DNA of 64,000 nt from an uncultured Verrucomicrobiae bacterium (lineage in GTDB: Bacteria > Chlamydiota > Chlamydiia > Chlamydiales > Rhabdochlamydiaceae). The DNA is taken from NCBI GenBank assembly GCA_963806855.1, contig CAWDYW010000001.1, forward strand, positions 64,001 to 128,000, written 5' to 3'. A model generated the notes under the pieces. The model saw nothing but the letters and a program-made list of their open reading frames with translations. It was not told the origin of the DNA and did not search any database. A program made the position numbers and the translations under genes. Shown one piece after another: positions 60,010 through 64,000 of the stretch (the first letter of the stretch is position 1; each line of letters opens with the position of its first letter).

Positions 60010-61085
60010 TCATTTTTGCAACTTTTTATATGCGCGAAGTAGTAGAAGCATATAATGGTCTATTGCCTCTTCTGAGAAGATAACACGACCAAGCTGTTGC
60101 CCTTGCTCCGCGATCATCTGCGCCTGGTTATCGTGCGCTATGAGCCACACAAAGACATTAGAAAGATCACTCAGATCTTCTTTGACTGGAATATAGTGGA
60201 CCCAGGGCACTAGCGCTTTGTAATACCATTGAATATTGGGCGATGTCGGCTTGATTAGAGTTGAATTGGACAGCAAGATCCATCGGCAGCGGGAGTAAGT
60301 GCAAGAATTCCCATCTATATCGATCAGGTATTTGTAGGCAAAATGGTCTGCCATAGAGAGAAAGGGAGCGAGAGGACGACCATTCTGTTCTATAAGAACA
60401 AACACCTCTGGAGATCCCTGACAAAAATTCGTAAAGGCAGCATCGAGCCAAGTGGGGTTTTCTGCGCTTAAAAAAACCAACTTAGCTCGCGGAAAGTCGA
60501 AATAGTTATCCAGCCGATATTCGCCTCCGGTAGTCGAACCTCTCCAAAATATGATATTTTGTTTTGTATGCCAGGGATGGGCTCTGGATGCGTCGCCGCA
60601 AGAGCGTATTAGATCGTTCGCATGAAACAACGCCTCAAAATCGGGTATCAAAATTGATTGGCTTGTTGCTCGCTTAGCAAAACTAAACACGGGAACACCC
60701 AATTCCCCACTAAATCCATCATGTACCGAGAGAAGAAAATCGACATCGGGCAGAACATATTTTTGCCCCAAGCGGTCGAAAAATGCCTGGATGATTTGGA
60801 TCCTCGGGTGCGTATGCGGCGTGTGTGCCATTATTGTGGATAAATGCGCTTTGCCCCCTGAAGGCGCACCAGGACGATCTGATGTTCTGGATTGCACGTT
60901 TGGCCTATTCTGCATACCTTAGATCGATCGATCCCATTCTGGGCAAATGGAGCCAGATCAGCCTGAATTTGATCGACCATCCAACTATGCTGTTGCGCAG
61001 TCCTGGCATATGCAGGGATCAAACATGAGATCAGGAGGCAGACTAAAATGACCAGTCTATCAATACGATTAATTCTCAGGGGCAA
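60010..61085 (-). CDS. Glycosyltransferase family 90 (CAP10/POGLUT-like), frameshift in a G-run near 60858, start uncertain
   Basis: LPDVDF, ILIPD, FWRGSTTG, YKYLIDIDGN, QWYY, PWVHYIPV; signal-peptide-like N-terminus in ORF 60831-61085. Confidence 0.8.
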
Positions 61086-61567
61086 CCGAATCTAGTAGTT
61101 CTTGCAAATAAGGGGAGGAGACGTTCTCTTTCACTTTTAACAGTTCGGCTTGCAGCGAAGGAGTACATTTTTCAGGATACTGTTTGAAGTAGAGGGAAAG
61201 AGCCAAAAGCCGTCCAGGCTGCTCTCCTGATCCAATCCAATAGATGGGCTCAAATAGATCAAATACCCCAATGACTTTGAGCGAAGGAATAAGCTGATCG
61301 ATTGACCCGGAAATTTCGATGATTTCTTCTTTTATTTGCGCAGTTTCTTCTTGAAATAACAGTTGGTTCAGTCTGGCCACATTATTTAATGTTGCGGCAA
61401 CTGTACCTTTTCTAGTATCGCCAGATTCCCCAGTATAGGGGTTGGTAGAGATGTTCGAATCTACCCCAGCAGGCATAATCGATTCTGGAGTAAATGACCC
61501 ACATTGAGCTGATGGATACATATAGACAGATGCTAGCGATTATCAAAGTAAGACTCTTCATTTTCAT
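61069..61567 (-). CDS. Exported hypothetical protein, one apparent frameshift near 61512
   Basis: AGGAG RBS; MKMKSLTLIIASICLYVS joins SAQCGSFTPESIMPAG...RKGTVAATLNN. Confidence 0.65.
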
Positions 61568-61612
61568 TCTCCTGCGATTTATTAACCTGAGCCCCAAATT
61601 AGGTGACAATAT

Positions 61613-61699
61613 GCTTCCAATTTCAGTCGCTTACAATTTGTAATCGACTGACTGCCTTTATACTTTGTAGTCTTCAAAAAGGATCAAGTCATTTTTCAT
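61613..61699 (-). pseudogene. Remnant of a BRO-N family gene
   Basis: ATG-KNDLILFEDYK directly followed by GSQSITNCKRLKLEA, which I recognise as the start and EGSQSVTNCNRLKL-type motif of BRO-N proteins; contains a 29-bp palindrome at 61623-61651. Confidence 0.6.
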
Positions 61700-61938
61700 A
61701 AGTTAGATTCCAAATAGTGCGCATCAGTATAGACTTGAGGAAGAATTCCTTCAAAGAAAAGTTTAATCACAACCTGTTAAGGATAATGGGATCTATCCGC
61801 GCCTTGGTCATATACATCCGCAAAAATCGACGAACCCTGAGTTTTGCAACTACTTCTACAGGGTGTTTTTTGACTAAGTTGTTTAAAATTTTATTTCTCA
61901 ATATACTCTATTGCATTTTATGAATTCTTGAGGAGCGT

Positions 61939-62482
61939 ATGAACAAAGATGATGAAAATGGCCTGATTCCAAGCAAGCTGTCGTTTGAAGATTTAAAAAA
62001 GGTCAATCAGCACGGGATTGAGTATTGGAGCGCAAGAGAACTGCAATCCCTTCTGGGCTATTCTAAGTGGCAACGTTTTGAAAATGCGGTGGAAAAAGCC
62101 ATTGAGTCGTGTAAACAATCGGGGAACGATCCAAAGCATCACTTTACCGGCGCCGGTAACCCAATAACGAGTGGAAAAGGACGGACTCAAATTATTGAGG
62201 ATTATCATCTTTCGCGATTTGCCTGCTAATCAGTTTCGGATGACTCAAACACGAGAAAAACTCAAACGTGAAGGTATCCGGAATCAAAGGGATGCTATTG
62301 AGGCTCACGAAACAGTAGGCAAGGAGGTTCGCGCTGCCATTGCTAAAATTGGCGGAACACCACCTGAAAATATCCCTCCAGCCGAGCACATCAAAAAAGT
62401 AGAAAAACGCTTAAAAAAGACCAAGCCTATTCTAATGCTTGACCCTAAAGATGCTGCGGGGATCGTGAATAACGAAACATAA
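61939..62482 (+). pseudogene. dinD: Second DinD-like gene with an internal deletion of about 350 bp
   Basis: EYWSARELQ...LSRFAC fused out of frame to ANQFRMTQTREKL...GGTPPENIP. Confidence 0.88.
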
Positions 62483-62501
62483 ATCAGTAAGAAAAAAGAA
62501 A

Positions 62502-62576
62502 TCTGGGTGAGAGGATTCGAACCTCCGACCCCTAGCACCCCATGCTAGTGCGCTAGCCAAGCTGCGCTACACCCAG
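62502..62576 (-). tRNA. tRNA-Pro(GGG), CCA not encoded
   Basis: CTGGGTGTAGCGCAGCTTGGCTAGCGCA CTAGC ATGGGGT GCTAG GGGTCGGAGGTTCGAATCCTCTCACCCAGA cloverleaf. Confidence 0.97.
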
Positions 62577-62842
62577 ATAATAATATTAAAGGAGCCATGT
62601 AGCCCTTCAAATTGAAATTCTGCGCGCTTAAATTCTTTGACGCCGATACGGGCACATTCTTCGATGATTTTTTCCAAGACATCGCCCGGATGAACCTCTG
62701 CGGCAGAGATATCCACAGAGATGGAAGCAGAAAAATTGACGCCCCCGCGCATGCCTTTCACTTTAAAGTTGGCGTAGATGGCCTCTTTTTTTTGAGAGAT
62801 ATTCTTAAATCGAATGAGGTTGTTTTCTGCAAGGTCAGTCAT
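62567..62842 (-). CDS. Small conserved chlamydial hypothetical protein divergent from ung
   Basis: AGGAG RBS; FSASISVDISAAEV; stop overlaps the tRNA 5' end by 10 nt, so the 3' end is uncertain. Confidence 0.75.
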   Translation of the reverse strand: MTDLAENNLIRFKNISQKKEAIYANFKVKGMRGGVNFSASISVDISAAEVHPGDVLEKIIEECARIGVKEFKRAEFQFEGLHGSFNIIIWV

Positions 62843-62940
62843 ATTCACTATTCTCCTGGAATAGATCAAAATCGTAAGGTGAATTGGGGTAAAAGTCAAT
62901 AATCTTGTCGGAAAGGGATGACTGGTTTAAAATATTGGGC

Positions 62941-63597
62941 ATGAAATTGGCAAAAAATTGGCACGCGCTTCTCGAGGGGGAGATCAATAAGCCCTATATC
63001 AAAGAGTTGAAGGATTTTTTGGAGGGAGAGGTGACTTATCCTCCAAAAGATTTGGTGTTCCACGCCTTTGCGATGACTCCCTATGATGAGGTCAAGGTGG
63101 TGATCATGGGGCAGGATCCTTATCATGGAGAGGGACAGGCGCATGGGATGAGCTTTAGCGTCCCAGAGGGCGTTGATCCGCCGCCATCGTTAAAAAATAT
63201 TTATAAGGAATTGCAGCAAGATCTTGGAATTCCTCCAGCCCAGTCGGGATGTCTCAATAACTGGGCCAAGCAGGGGGTCTTGTTGCTCAATGCGACATTG
63301 ACCGTGCGGCCCAATGAACCGAAGTCACATTATGGGAAAGGATGGGAGCAGTTTACCGATGCGGTTGTGGCCAAGTTGGCCGAGAGGAAAGATCCGATTG
63401 TCTTTATTCTATGGGGAAAATCTGCAAAAGAAAAATGCGCCAGCCTATTGGAACACTCGCATCATGCTGTGCTCACAGCAGCGCATCCGTCGCCTTTCTC
63501 AGCCTATCATGGATTTTTTGGATGTCGCCACTTCTCCAAAGCCAATGAGTACTTGAAGAAGTGGGGAAAAACTCCGATTAATTGGGTTGTTGAATAG
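62941..63597 (+). CDS. ung: Uracil-DNA glycosylase
   Basis: VVIMGQDPYH, PPSLKNIYKEL, GVLLLNA, HPSPFS. Confidence 0.98.
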   Translation: MKLAKNWHALLEGEINKPYIKELKDFLEGEVTYPPKDLVFHAFAMTPYDEVKVVIMGQDPYHGEGQAHGMSFSVPEGVDPPPSLKNIYKELQQDLGIPPAQSGCLNNWAKQGVLLLNATLTVRPNEPKSHYGKGWEQFTDAVVAKLAERKDPIVFILWGKSAKEKCASLLEHSHHAVLTAAHPSPFSAYHGFFGCRHFSKANEYLKKWGKTPINWVVE

Positions 63598-63919
63598 CTG
63601 CAGGTCTTTGTAAAGCGGAAATCATTTGGTAGAAACGGGTTGCATGATCAACGACGTAATCCTTCGCGATCGTTGCATGATCTATCACCACTCTTTTACC
63701 GTTTTGAAACTTATCGCTATTGTAGATTTCTTTACCTTTTTCGTAGAGAAAGCCGATGACCCGTTCGATTAGCTGAACCAGAGCGTCAAGCCCCTTCACA
63801 ACTCCGATGGTCCCCTTTTTAAGGCCCCAAACGATGTTCGTATCGTTGTCGTTAGGTGTAAGAGAATATTCAGTCACCCTAACTAAATTTGATGTAAAAA
63901 AAGAAATTGGACCTGCCAT
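63578..63919 (-). CDS. Hypothetical protein, 113 aa
   Basis: AAGGAG RBS and ATG; internal V(I/V)DHAT duplication. Confidence 0.7.
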   Translation of the reverse strand: MAGPISFFTSNLVRVTEYSLTPNDNDTNIVWGLKKGTIGVVKGLDALVQLIERVIGFLYEKGKEIYNSDKFQNGKRVVIDHATIAKDYVVDHATRFYQMISALQRPAAIQQPN

Positions 63920-64000
63920 ATTTCGCTCCTTTTATTATAATATGGTTATATTTTAATAGGTTTTGTTAATAATAACAAGACGTAAGATTATTTTTATATA

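Noticed and set aside
54240..62502. A single integrative element from rlmD to tRNA-Pro
   Set aside because: No integrase and no duplicated tRNA 3' end found; the OPT transporter in the middle looks like a resident gene

Overview
A chromosomal segment of an environmental chlamydia (phylum Chlamydiota). Evidence: TopA with a C-terminal SWIB domain, ~740-aa chlamydial-type GreA, long ThyX, TyrP, and the dusB-yggT-PilM/GspL-like-MORN lipoprotein block. Core genes are topA, uvrB, thyX, greA, rdgB, acyP, dusB, oppA, glk, recA, ispA, ung and tRNA-Pro(GGG). Accessory content: (i) a surface-polysaccharide cluster (two GT4, Wzy/WaaL-like, ManC, Wzm/Wzt); (ii) a 12.8-kb tandem array of nine Cys-rich MOMP-like/Lpg1974-family porin genes with mosaic variable loops and a repeated terminator-promoter spacer; (iii) three unrelated ~165-bp palindromic MITE-like elements, two translated inside proteins and one in a porin promoter, plus remnants; (iv) effector-like genes (an Inc-like pair, a PP2C) flanked by duplicated 3' ends of uvrB and rlmD; (v) two DinD-like genes and a BRO-N remnant whose variable segment is encoded by a DNA palindrome, with a free-standing perfect copy of that palindrome upstream of the intact dinD. 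Clustered single-base insertions in essential genes (topA, uvrB and others) look like long-read assembly errors, so single-base details need read-level confirmation. All calls come from reading the sequence; no database searches were run.
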